DNA of 64,000 nucleotides from Antedon mediterranea (taxonomy: Eukaryota > Animalia > Echinodermata): positions 7,812,001 through 7,876,000 of the forward strand of contig NC_092680.1 in assembly GCF_964355755.1 (NCBI RefSeq), in the 5' to 3' direction. The notes under the pieces are model-generated. The model was not told where the DNA came from. It ran no database searches and saw only the letters and a program-made list of their open reading frames with translations. The translations under genes were made by a program, and so were the position numbers. Positions 36,031 through 49,200 of this stretch are shown one piece after another (position 1 is the stretch's first letter; each line of letters begins with the position of its first letter).

Positions 36031-37616
36031 GCATATTTTAACTACCTTACGCTGTGTGGTGTGTCACACATTGTGGCTTCTTAATTAAACAAATTAATTA
36101 ACAAACTAGACTCGGGTACCCCGAGTAAAAAGCACGAATGTGCGATACTCGGGGGGTACAGCAAATGAAGCTGTAATGACGTCATAAGACGGGATGTGAC
36201 GTCACATACACATCAATAACCTACCAAATACGGCTATATGGTACCATTTTCGAGACGTTATATGGCTGCATCCGGTTTGAAATCTAAAAATCCGGCTCTA
36301 TAGATTTGAGGACATGTCCCTGTAGTATATTCATGCTAAATCCCAGCTCAATACTACAACTAATAAGGGAGGAGTAGTACTTTAAAAATTGCACTTTTTA
36401 CTCAATAGTGTCCAGATGGTGGAGGAGAAAATGAGTAAGTACTAGACTCGGGTACCCCGAGTAAAAAATTGGCCAAGTATGTTGATCTGTTTGGTTTGTG
36501 TGTTTGTTTGTTTGTTTGTCATCACTCTAGCGCTCACAGTTTTGATTCGAATGACTCCAAATTACTACCATACATGTCACCTGGTGCAAGGACAACACTG
36601 TCCAATTTTGGTTAAAATCTGGACCACGGTCCCAATTCGGGACCACTTTTAAAAATTATTTTCAGACCTGCTAGTGTTAAAAGATAGGACAGAATTATCA
36701 AAAGCCGGTGAGCAGTCTTTAATTAACAAGTAAACTAAAATTGCATTTTCTCGAGAACTACTTCTCCACAAAACTTCATTTTTGTACAAGAGGCAACAGT
36801 TATAATTTGTGATTTGTAATTTTAAAACATAAGTTGATTTAATATACAGGTTTTTTGATGCGAATAGTTTAAAAAACCTATTTCTTTTCAAATTCACCCG
36901 TGTGTTTTTCGCGTTGCTGTTTTATTGTTAGTCGACTGAAGCTATTTAGACTAGGCTATGAATGAGGTAGGTGCCACCCGGAGAGGTAGAAATTCTCATA
37001 TGACTTTTCTAGACCAGTTTTTTCTGGGGAATCCAAATATATTGGGTAAACGGGCTGTAACCTGAGAACTTTCGCGTGAGGGCGCTTTTTTCAAAATGGC
37101 TGCCAGTTACAGTAGACTATGATATCTTGGCAACCACTGGTCATAGAGAGTTGATTTTGGTGTCAAATTGTTCGGAATGTATGTTCCTATTTGATGTAAT
37201 AGAACATTTTGTCAGAAAATGGCCGGAAATACCTCTATTGACCGTTGACCCAATATTTAACAGATATCATATCTTCGTAACTACTCGACACAGAAAGTTG
37301 TAATTGGTGTCAAACTCTCCAGAATATAGATGTTTATATTCAAACTAATAGAACATTATCTGTAAAAATGACCGGAAATAACGTTACTGACCTTTGACCC
37401 AAAATGCAAGACATTTCTCCCATCTGATCACGTTAATCTTGTCAATTAATTCATTTTGTGCCAATTGGAGGTTGACATTCTCATATTATTTTCTGGACCA
37501 GTTTTTCATGTGCAATCCGAATATATGAGATAAATAAGCCATAACAAGGCCAAGAATTTAATTCTCTTTTACTACATAAATGCTTCCCTTTAGTGTTTCA
37601 GACTGTATGTCGTGTA

Positions 37617-39080
37617 TTAATCTTCAAGATCGCTCACATCACTGCAATCTGAAAAGTCTTCATATTCATTATGTGTAAACAGTTCCTGGACATCAGTGGG
37701 AATCACTGTCTCAATCCATTTAGGCTCCATTTGTTCGTTCCATCCATTGTGTGTACTGTTGTTGACAAAATCATTGACGTCTGCTGATTGCCATTCTTTA
37801 GTAATGAAGTTTGCTCTAAGTATATGAAACTCAAGGGTCTGCTGACATAGTGGCAGTAATGATATATCTGTAATCTTGTTGTGTCTGGAAAACTTTCTGT
37901 TGAAGGTATCATATCTTGCTTGATTTACACTTTTCCCCTTCACTCCATACAATAGTGAAACATACTCTTCAAATTCCTCATACAACTCTTTTGATGGAAC
38001 ATCTGACACTCCAAGGTTGCAGAATGCGTCAACAAATTTTGCTTTTGATTCCAGAAGCTTCCAGCAGGTACGTTTTCCTTTCCGAAAGAAAGCGGAGTTA
38101 TAAGCGTTACATGTGAAAGCATGGAATCCAATAAGGGATGATTTCTGCGCTTTTGTTAAATCAATGTCACTCAATTTCAGTACCTTTCGGTATTTCCCAG
38201 TGTTTGTATCAATAATTACCCTCTGCCCATCATCTATGATGAGATAGTGCAATGACTGGAATATCAATGTCTCCAGAATGGGAACGAATTATTGCTACGC
38301 CTTGATTGTTATTTGTTAAAGCATGCTTTGCATGCAGGATGACTTTTGTGTAGGCTTCTTCTTCCGGCTACTATTAAGCTCCGGAACCAATACAACATCT
38401 CAGTTAGTAACGTAGATGCATTCTTTGTACGATGAAAAGTAGGTAACATCAATCCTCATATCTGTTAGAATGCTTTCTTTCTTTGACACTAGTACACAGC
38501 GAATAAGCTCAATCAATCTGGTCTTGTTCTCGCCGTTGGCAAGGAAATTGTTGAAATCACGGCCAACTTTGATATTGTTGAGCTTACAATTACTTTTGGT
38601 GCAATACCGCGTATGTTTCTCTCAACAGACTTAATGCTTTTTGGCAGGTATGCATCGGTAACAATATCAACACGCTTGTATCCTTTAGGGATGCTGTTGA
38701 AAACCTTTGCTACAAGATCCTCGTACGTATCAGGGTAAGATGTAAATGTTCTGATTAATGCCATCAAGTCAACAACATAGGCAATGACAGTAGCCTTTGC
38801 TGGCAGTGCCCGACCAGGATCTATAACATCTGTTGAACTTTCGATGAGAATTTCCATTAGGACACTTTTCTGAGTTGTTCGTCTTGTCCCATCTGCATTA
38901 GCCAGGCTTAGCGGGACAGGGGTAAGTGGATACTCAAAGGCTTTCTTAAAGTCAATTATTCTACCATGCTTTGTTGAGGTGGCAAGAAGCTTTCCTAAAA
39001 CATCCCGATTAGCTTATATTACTTTTACTTTCCCATTTGCCTTGATTTCTAGTTTCTTCCCACTATTCGAAAATAAAGTG
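37617..39080 (-). pseudogene. Frameshifted C-terminal part of an Academ-type transposase (XPG/PIN-like nuclease region), left arm
   Basis: Fragments FEYPLTPVPLSLANADG..KS, VVDLMALIR, RVDIVTDAY...SIKSVER, IGFHAFT..YNSAF.RKGK, LEFHILRANF in shifting frames (ORFs 38513-38857 and 37617-38267). Confidence 0.75.
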
Positions 39081-39084
39081 AGAT

Positions 39085-40119
39085 GATGTTATGGATCCTG
39101 GTCGAGCACTGCGAGAAACAGACGCGGTATTGCACCAAAAGTAATTGTAAGCTCAAAAATATCAAAGTTGCCCCGTGATTTCAACAATTTCCTTGCCAAC
39201 GGCGAGAACAAGACCAGATTGATTGAGCTTATTCGCTGTGTACTAGTGTCAAAGAAAGAAAGCATTCTAACAGATATGAGGAGTGATGTTATTTACTTTT
39301 CATCGTACAAAGAATGCATCTACGTTACTAAACTGAGATGTTGTATTGGTTCCGGAGCTTAATAGTAGCCAAGAAGAAGCCGACACGAAAGTCATCCTGC
39401 ATGCAAAGCATGCTTTAACAAATAACAATCAAGGCGTAGCAATAATTTGTTCCCATTCTGGAGACATTGACATTCCAGTCATTTCACTATCTCATTTCAT
39501 AGATGATGGGCAGAGGGTAATTATTGATACAAACACTGGGAAATACCGAAATGTACTGAAATTGAGTGACATTGATTTAACAAAAGCGCAGAAATCATCC
39601 CTTATTGGATTCCATGCTTTCACAGGTAACGAGTATAACTCCGCTTTCGTTCGGAAAGGAAAACGTACCTGCTGGAAGCTTCTGGAATCAAAAGCAACAT
39701 TTGTTGACACATTCTGCAACCTTGGAGTGTCAGATGTTCCATCAAAAGAGTTGTATGAGGAACTTGAAGAGTATGTTTCACCATTGTATGGAGTGAAGGG
39801 GAAAAGTGTAAATCAAGCAAGATATGATATCTTCAACAGAAAGTTTTCCAGACACAACAAGATTACAGATATATCATTACTGCCACTATGTCAGCAGACC
39901 CTTGAGTTTCATATACTTAGAGCAAACTTCATTACTAAAGAATGGCAATCAGCAGACGTCAATGATTTTGTCAACAACAGTACACACAATGGATGGAACG
40001 AACAAATGGAGCCTAAATGGATTGAGACAGTGATGCCCACTGATGTCCAGGAACTGTTTACACATAATGAATATGAAGACTTTTCAGATTGCAGTGATGT
40101 GAGCGATCTTGAAGATTAA
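39085..40119 (+). pseudogene. Frameshifted C-terminal part of an Academ-type transposase, right arm
   Basis: ORFs 39168-39362 (FLANGENKTRLIEL) and 39346-40119 (QEEADTKVILHA, SGDIDI, FHAFTG, LEFHILRANF); mirror of the left arm. Confidence 0.75.
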
Positions 40120-43100
40120 TACACGACATACAGACTGAAACACTAAAGGGAAAATGAATTAATTGACAGGAGTAACGTGATCAGATAGGAGAAATGTCTT
40201 GCATTTTGGGTCAAAGGTCAGTAACGTTATTTCCGGTCATTTTTACAGATAATGTTCTATTAGTTTGAATATAAACATCTATATTCTGGAGAGTTTGACA
40301 CCAATTACAACTTTCTGTGTCTAGTAGTTACGGAGATATGATATCTGTTAGATATTGGGTCAAAGGTCAATAGAGGTATTTCCGGCCGTTTTCTGACAAA
40401 ATGTTCTATTACATCAAATAGGAACATGTACATTCCAAACAATTTGACACCAAAATCAACTCTCTATGACCAGTGGTTGCCAAGATATCATAGTCTATTG
40501 TAACTGGCAGCCATTTTGAAAAAAGCGCCCTCACGCAAAAGTTCTCAGGTTACAGCCCGTTTACCCAATATATTTGGATTCCCCAGAAAAAACTGGTCTA
40601 GAAAAGTTATATGAGAATTTCTACCTCTCCGGGTGGCACCTACCTCATTCATAGCCTAGTCTAATTGTTAATTGAAAGGCTTTACACCAAACTCGTATAC
40701 ACATGATTGTAGTGGATTTAGCCTAAATCACACAGCATAAGACACACACACTTTTGGTAAAAATCGGGTCAAGGTCATTAGGCCAATTTTGATTTGGCCA
40801 AGTATCGCGCTATGCGCGAAGGCTAGTTTGTTACTTGGCAAAAAAGAATTTTGCCAAGTATAGTATTCACTTTGTTACTTGGCAAAAAAGAATTTTGCCA
40901 AGTATAGTATTCACTTTGTTTGTATGTTTGTATGTTTGTTACTTGGCCAAATTGAAAATTGGCCAAGTATGTTGATCTGTTTGTTTGTTTGTTTGTTTGT
41001 TTGTCATCACGCTAGCGCTCACAGTTTTGATTCGAATGACTCCAAATTACTACCAGACATGTCACCTGGTGCAAGGAAGACACCGCCCAATTTTGGTTAA
41101 AATCCGGACCACGGTTCCAATTCTGGGCCACTTTTAAAAATTATGTTCAGACCTGCTAGTGTTAAAAGATAGGACAGAATTATAAAAAGCCGGTGAGCAG
41201 TCTTAAATTAACAAGTAAACTTAAATTGCATTTTCTCGGGAACTACTTGTCCGAAAAACTTCATTTTTGTACAAGAGGCAAGAGTTATAATTTGTGATTT
41301 GTAATTTTTAAACTGATTAAGATTTAATATAGAGGTTTTTTGATGCGAGTAGTTTACAAAACCTATTTCTTTTCAAATTCACCCGTGTGTTTTCCGCGTG
41401 CTGTTCTATTGTTAGCCGACTGAAGCTATTGTTCATTGAAAGGCTGGTTACATAACCTGTACACCAAACTCGTATACACATGAAAGTAATCAAATTAGCC
41501 TAAATCACACAGCATAAGACACACACTTTTGGTGCAAATTTGGGTCAATGTCAGGAGGCCAATTTTGATTTGGCCAAGTATCGCGCTATGCGCGAAGGCT
41601 AGTTTGTTTGTTTGTTTGTTAGCACGATAGCGCCTACAGTTTTCAAGTTATCGTTCTAAATTTTTGGGTGTAGATAGGTATATACCTTCAGACCATGCCT
41701 ATTGAAAATCAACAAAATTGGTTTATTAATAACTTCACAAATAATAAAAATGATATTATTGTCAGTCCGGCTAGTGTTAAAAGATAGGAGACAATTTTCA
41801 AAAGCCGGCGAGCAGTCTTAAAGTAACAAGTGTACTGAAATTACATTTTCTCGACAACTACTTGTCTAAAAAAACTCATTTTTGGGCAAGAGGCAAGAGT
41901 TATAAATTGTGATTTGTAATTTTCAAAACATAATTTGATTTAATGTACAGGTTTATTGATACGAGTAGTTTTAAAAAACCTATTTCTTTTCAAATTCACG
42001 CGTTTGTTTTTGGCGTTGCAGCTGACGTTCTATTGTTATTCAAATTAAACTATTGTAAGTTGATAAGTAGTTTTGTTAGCACCAGCGTGTGTCCTTCCTT
42101 ATTTCATCAGGTATATACTTACAGAACATGCCTATTGATTTTCAGGTAAATTGATATACACTATTACTACATGGGTTAAGGCAGAGGCGCCGCAAATCGG
42201 TACAGCTTCAAGACACTCCTCGACCATTATTCTGGTCAAACTTGATTTTAGAAAGGTCATTGTTGCAATGCCGGAATTGTTTGCATTAAAAATTATTTAA
42301 ACAAATTATTAACCTTATCAGTATTTTAACCATGTAAAGATAATACCTAAAGCAAAAATTGTATCTTTCAACATGCTCCCAGTCAGTGGATATATTTTGC
42401 CAAGTACTTCACTCAGTTTCTGAGTGCTTTCATTTGTATGTTTGTATGTTTGTTTGTTTGTTTGTTAGCACGATAGCGCCTACAGTTTTCAAGTTATCGT
42501 TCTAAATTTTTGGGTGTAGATAGGTATATACCTTCAGACCATGCCTATTGAAAATCAACAAAATTGGTTTATTAATAACTTCACAAATAATAAAAATGAT
42601 ATTATTGTCAGTCCGGCTAGTGTTAAAAGATAGGAGACAATTTTCAAAAGCCGGCGAGCAGTCTTAAAGTAACAAGTGTACTGAAATTACATTTTCTCGA
42701 CAACTACTTGTCTAAACAAACTCATTTTTGGACAAGAGGCAAGAGTTATAAATTGTGATTTGTAATTTTCAAAACATAATTTGATTTAATGTACAGGTTT
42801 ATTGATACGAGTAGTTTTAAAAAACCTATTTCTTTTCAAATTCACCCGTTTGTTTTTGGCGTTGCTGTTCTATTGTTATTCAAATTAAACTATTGTAAGT
42901 TGATAAGTAGTTTTGTTAGCACCAGCGTGTGTCCTTCCTTATTTCATCAGGTATATACTTACAGAACATGCCTATTGATTTTCAGGTAAATTGATATATT
43001 ACTACATGGGTTAAGGCAGAGGCGCCGCAAATCGGTACAGCTTCAAGACACTCCTCGACCATTATTCTGGTCAAACTTGATTTTAGAAAGGTCATTGTTG

Positions 43101-44423
43101 CAATGCCGGAATTGTTTGCATTAAAAATTATTTAAACAAATTATTAACCTTATCAGTATTTTAACCATGTAAAGATAATACCTAAAGCAAAAATTGTATC
43201 TTTCAACATGCTCCCAGTCAGTGGATATATTTTGCCAAGTACTTCACTCAGTTTCTGAGTGCTTTCATTTGTTTGTTTGTTTGTTAGCAGGATTACTCAA
43301 AAAGTAATTACAAGATCTTTACCAAAATGAATATACGGATAGATATGTGGTCAAGGACCATTCCATTAAATTTTGGGATCATTTGGGACCATGGTCCCAA
43401 TTCTGGACCACTTTTTCGGTATACTGTTCAGACCTGCTAGTGTTAAAAGATAGGACAGAATTTTACAAAAGCCGGCGAGCAGTCTTAAAGTAACAAATAA
43501 ACTAAAATTGCATTTTCTCGAGAACTACTTGTCCAAAAAACTTCATTTTTGTACAAGAGGCAAGAGGTATAATTTGTGATTTGTAAATTTTTTTTTGATG
43601 CGAGTAGTTTAAAAAACCTATTTCTTTTCAAATTCACTCGTTTGATTTTCACGTTGCTGTTCTATTGTTAGTCAACTGAAGCTATTGTTAATTGAAAGGC
43701 TTGTTACATAACCATTACACCAAACTCGCATACACATGCTTGTAGTGAAATTAGCCTAAATCACAAACAGCATTAAGACACAGACATATATATATATATT
43801 TCTTTTTTACCAAAGAAATCTTATGTAGGAGAATTTTACAGTAGGCGGAGGTATGCACTCTCGGAGTGTCTTTCTAGTTCATAATGTGACGTCACTTTAT
43901 GAGGGGGAGCTTTCGACATAAAAGTTCGATACTTGCTCAAGCGTGAGGGTGTGCTATTTAGTATTACGCAGTTAGGTAGATTATTGGATATTTGTTTTCA
44001 AGCGAATGATTATATGCCATTCTTGCTTACTGGAATTACGTCACGTTGGCCGGTAGCATTATTTTGTTTTCCTATGAGTTTAAAACAGAACTCATGAATA
44101 TAAGTTCATGAGAAAATTATGAAATAAATTAGAACATTATAATGCATCCCGGTAAAGGGACGAGATGCCTCTTCCGATGACATTTCACATTACGCACTAG
44201 AAAATCAATGTCACTCTAATGTACTCCGTTAATCCGGCTTTAAAATTAGCATATCGATTTTAAGATTATTTCACAAAATGATATTCAGACCAGCTGGTTT
44301 AGTGAACACGCATTTTTTGTTCGTCCTTCTTTGTGTCTAAGTTGCAGAAGAACAAGACCTTTTCGCAGTGATTCTTCTTGTATGAAACGTTCATTCCCTT
44401 CTACACTTTTATTTGATTTAAGC

Positions 44424-44730
44424 ATGATTAATAGTGTTATAGCATTGCTTGCTATTGCTCTGCCAGTAGTGGTAGTAGTAGGCCTACTTTCTCGACAGAT
44501 TAAAGTTACAGTTATTAGGCGGAATGTTGAAGAAGTTCCTGTTGTTAAGCCGAACATCGTGTTGATTGTAGCAGACGATTATGGTTTTCATGACATAGGT
44601 TACCACGGTTCAAGTATCCAAAAGTTGTCGACATGATGCTAGAGCAGTTACGTTGGAGTTTGGGGTCCGTGGAGGTACAGTAGGAGAGACGCGTTTTTGC
44701 ATTCGCTTTTAGGCCTAATCGTGCAATAAA
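44424..44730 (+). pseudogene. Arylsulfatase B-like copy D, collapsed: 5' part of exon 1 fused to a remnant of exon 7
   Basis: ATG at 44424; matches copy C exon 1 up to ...caccacggttcaa, then jumps to exon 7 sequence aagtatccaaaagttgtcga (~44612) and has a second small deletion. No CTPTR; stop at 44634-44636. Confidence 0.88.
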
Positions 44731-46236
44731 AACTTTCAGGACTTTTTTCGTTCAAACTACCTTGAAACAATATCAATTGTATACTGTTACTAGAGGCATC
44801 TCTTTACCAAAAGTTGATGTGCTTGAACAAATTACGAATTGAAAAACAGATTGAACTGTAGATGGAGAAGTATTTGCGAATTTGTTTTTCTTTTTCTTTT
44901 TTAAGTTATTAGATTTATGATATTGATGAAATCTTTCTAAATAAAAAAAAAATGAATTGTTACAAGCCGTTGATGTGCTTGGATATCTGTCACTAGTAAT
45001 ACTACTTTTATTTTCTGCTGCATAATTTAGGTGATTTTGACGTCATAGATTCAATGTTCCGGGATATCGCTTCAGGACGCATGCGCAGCAATAAAAGTCA
45101 AAGTCGAAAGACGCGGCTATAATGATAATAAGTAACTCATAAGTGTATCTCGCATACGACTGACCACAATAAAACATTTATATTTAGTGAAATACAGTAC
45201 CTGTAATCAACTCTAGTAATACGACTCTACTTTAAATAAAGCCACATCAGGGCTACACTATTAGCCTTCTTCTTTCCAAATCCCCTGAAAGTAAACCCAT
45301 AATAAACATACACACTTCTCATTATGAAACACCTATACCTATTTATATCCCTTTTCATTAACAAACACAGAATGAGAGGCAGTAGCCTACATGACATTAT
45401 TTCTAACACTTCAAACGCAAATTTAAAATAAGAAATATTTCTTACAAATAACGCCGCTCAATTGTTTTTTTTTGACGTAACAGTTTAATTATTGTTCTTT
45501 CTTCATTGAAAGATGCTTTTTTTATTATTATTATTATTTATTTTATTTTATTATTTATTAAACTTTATCACTGCACATAACATAACATAAAGGCAGCGAA
45601 AAGAAAAGGATGAACTATTCTATTTAATAATTTAAGAAATAACGAATTATCAATTATTTTAGTTTAACAATCAGTAGAGTACCGTAAACATTTTGTGTAA
45701 GTCAGTTCTGTTTGCTCTGTCCCTATTAGTCATAATGTGACGTCACATTATGAGGGGGAGCTATCGAGATAAAAGTTCGATACTTGCTCAAGCGTGTGGG
45801 TGCTATTTAGTATTACGCAGTTAGGTAGATTATTGGATATTTGTTTTCAAGCCAATGATTATATGCCGTTCTTTCTTAATGTCACGTTGGCCGGTAGCAT
45901 GATTTTTTCCCCTATTAGTTTAAAACATAACTCATGAATAGTTCATGAGAAAATTATGAAATAAATTAGAACACTATAATGCATCCCGGTAAAGGGACGA
46001 GGTGCCTCTTCCGATAACATTCCACATTACGCACTAGAAAATCAATTTCACTCTAATGTACTGCGGTAATCCGGCTTTAAATTAGCATATCGATTTTAAG
46101 ATTATTTCACAACGATGTTCAGACCAGCTGGTTTAGTGAACACGCTTTTTTTGTGTCGAAGTTTAGACTTTTTCGCATTGCTTCTTAAATGTAAACGTTC
46201 ATTCCCATTCATTTTCCCCTTTTATTTGATTTAAGC

Positions 46237-49200
46237 ATGGTTAATAAGGTTATAGCATTGCTTGCTATTGCTCTGCCAGTAGTGGTAGTGGTAGGCCTAC
46301 TTTCTCGACAGATTGAAGTTACAGTTATTAGGCGGAATGTTGAAGAAGTTCCCGTTGTTAAGCCGAACATTGTGTTGATTGTAGCAGACGATTATGGTTT
46401 TCATGACATAGGTTACCACGGTTCAAAAATCAAAACACCGACTTTAGACAAATTGGCAGGAGAAGGTGTTAAGCTTGAAAAATATTATGTTCAGCCGATA
46501 TGTACTCCAACAAGAAGTCAGCTGATGACTGGTAGATATCAGGTTAGTCCTCTCAGGTTACACCTCCCTCATGGTCCTCTGTTTGGGTGTACCAAATGAG
46601 GGATTTCTATACCATATTAACACTTTTATTCAAAATTGTTTATTCACCGTTGAACCATTTTCACACCATGTAGACCTTCACTATGTCGGTCGGTCGGTCT
46701 GTCTGTCGGTCCGGTATCACTATGCGTTTTAGCACGCGACTTATGGCTGTTGGCCTTGTTTCTGTTGTAAACTGATATTGTATGATTTATATCTGTTACT
46801 TTGTATAGGTTTTATCTATTTTTTAATCTATTTTTCAATTACCCAAATATCACAAGGACGTCTTTTAAAACCACCTAAAAAATTGTTTAACGAGTCTTTG
46901 GAAAAAAATAATACGATAAATGATGATGATGATGATGACGATGATCAAGGCTTGGCTAACACACAACATCTCTCAATCACAAAAGAGAACAGAAACCACC
47001 AACAATCCAAATAACTATAAATAATTGTAAAAGTTAAAGTGTCCTTAATTAATTTCAGGACCCTAGGGAAAAAAAATAAAAGCCTAAACAGACCTGCTCT
47101 TACAGTACTTGTTGACTACATCGTTTTATATTTATCGTTATTCATAAAGCAGCTCAAATAAATGTGAGTGTGAACAAACCCTGGTCTATTAATAGTTGGT
47201 TCAGACATTATCGAACATTATTATGTTAATTTTCTTTTTAAAAATGTTGTCTCCATGATTAGTCAGTCATAATTTTTTTTAAATTTCTGGTCTTAGACAT
47301 TTTAGAATTTGGAGTATAGGAACTACAGTTTGTATGTGTTTTTGCTATACGATTTTCAGTGTGAAGAAGTATGTTAGTTTTATTTAGCTTTTTACAAAAT
47401 TATTCCTTGAGATGTATTTTAGGTTTATGTTTCTTAGGATTGTACCACGCCCTCTCAGTTCTCAAAATAAAATCGTGTTAGACTTTGTTTTCACACAATT
47501 CCTGCTTAGTGAAGTGGAAAACGTTTGAATTAATGTTTGTTGTACCCTTTTATTCATTTTTGTGTATTTTCTTAATAGTAATGGTAGATTTAATGATTAA
47601 TTTGTTTGGACTATATTTATTTGATTAATTGTTCAATTTAATTATCAGATTCACACGGGCTTACAGCACAAAATCATAGAGCCAGACTCTCCAAACTGTC
47701 TACCTCTCGATGAAGTTACTCTACCACAGAAACTAAAAGAATATGATTATGCAACGCATATGGTTGGTAAATGGCATCTTGGATTTTACAAGGAGGCATG
47801 TGTTCCAAATAAGCGAGGCTTTGATTCTTTTTTTGGTTAGTGATAGCAGATAGTTATTTGACATTTTTAAGATTATGAATTATTATATAGGCCCTAATTG
47901 ACAAAATAAAATTAGCTCATTATAAAACAGAATCAACAGCGTGTATGACGTCCACTATCACAATGCATTAATATTATTGCCTGCTTAGAGGTGCATCATG
48001 GTATACAGTTGAGGTCATCTGAGGGAATTATCTTTTTATCGAGCGCGCTTCAAGAAATACCTATAATATAATTACCAAGAAGGTGCACTCAAAAGTTATA
48101 GCACAAAAGCAAACACAACAGTATATCTGTATATCTTTTCTGGTATCGTACAAAATGTTTTACACCTTCTATTTATTATTGATTATTATTTAAAACATTA
48201 GGTTGCTATTGTGGATCTGAGGACTACTACAATCATTTAAGATCCCAGGGGCTTGATTTACGGGATAATTATAATGTAGCGACAGAATACAACAATACTT
48301 ACTCTACCGTTTTATTTGCTGAGAAAGCTAATGCAGTTATCAATGCTCATAACAAAAGTCAGGTACGTCTATTTTAATAATTTTCCAGCCAATTCATGCA
48401 TAGGATCCGCAAACATAACGTTAAATTTAAGCCTGTTGCAGGTCAAATTAGCAATTGGAATGACGGGTACCTATCCCTTGTATGTTAACAACAGTGAAAA
48501 CTCATAGGGTAGATTTTGCTAAGAACACTTGACGTCACAGCAATTTACGTTGCCGACGACTGTACGGCAAGCGCGCGCGGCGATATCGTAAATCTGGCAA
48601 TTGTTCTGAAATCATAATATGTACATCCCTAATACGTTGTCAAAATATGGTTCTTGGTAAAGTGGTTCTTTAACAAATTTCCAGGACCAGACATTCAAGA
48701 GTTCTAAGAGAGCCACACAGCCAACTTTACATTCCATTACAACATATTTTCACTAAACTAATTAACGAACTTTATGTTTTTCAGTCACTGTTTCTGTATA
48801 TACCTTTCCAAGCAGTGCATTCGCCTCTAGAGGTTCCTGCCAGTTACGTAGAGCCATACAAATCGATTTATCCTAATGATACATCGCGACAGATATACGC
48901 CGGCATGGTGACGTGTATGGACGAGGCAATTGGTAACATCATTGACACTCTAAAAACGACAGGACTGTATAACAATACTGTTATTATATTTTCAACAGGT
49001 AATGTATACTAAAATACATAAAATAACAACAGCTTACGTCCATGTAAATACAAATCTCTTGTAATTTATGATGACGATGATGGGAACGGGAGAAAAAAAT
49101 GTATAAGCAGGAACATTATTGTAATCATAATTTCGATTCCACGAACATTGTACGGTATACTAATCACAATGGATTAAATGAATCAAATAAATAAAGAATG

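Larger units (their letters stand above)
35260..36463 (-). mobile_element. Composite HINE (Helentron-associated) insertion with three modules
   Basis: On the - strand: 5' TACTCGGGGTACCCGAGT hairpin, 3' GTACCCCGAGTA subTIR plus GCAC-attc-GTGC hairpin plus TTGTT. Inserted in the A-run gaaaaattgg (empty site 14086-14094) with no TSD. The terminus recurs at ~35580, ~36107 and ~36443. Confidence 0.8.
36947..40663. mobile_element. Palindromic Academ-like DNA transposon derivative (3,717 bp)
   Basis: Ends TAGACTAGGCTATGAATGAGG / CCTCATTCATAGCCTAGTCTA. 3-bp TSD ATT (36944-36946, 40664-40666), confirmed against the empty site gctATTgttaattg at ~14564. Arms 36947-38830 and 39085-40663 are reverse complements that include coding sequence. 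Confidence 0.88.
35193..43879 (+). mobile_element. Expanded nested HINE complex (paralogue of 14022-16174)
   Basis: Same outer termini. It contains HINE2 35243-40828 (itself carrying the 35260-36463 and 36947-40663 insertions), a doubled HINE4 5' hairpin 40832-40920, a second HINE2 40940-41604, two HINE4 bodies (41605-42435, 42436-43270) and the outer body 43271-43879. Confidence 0.8.
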
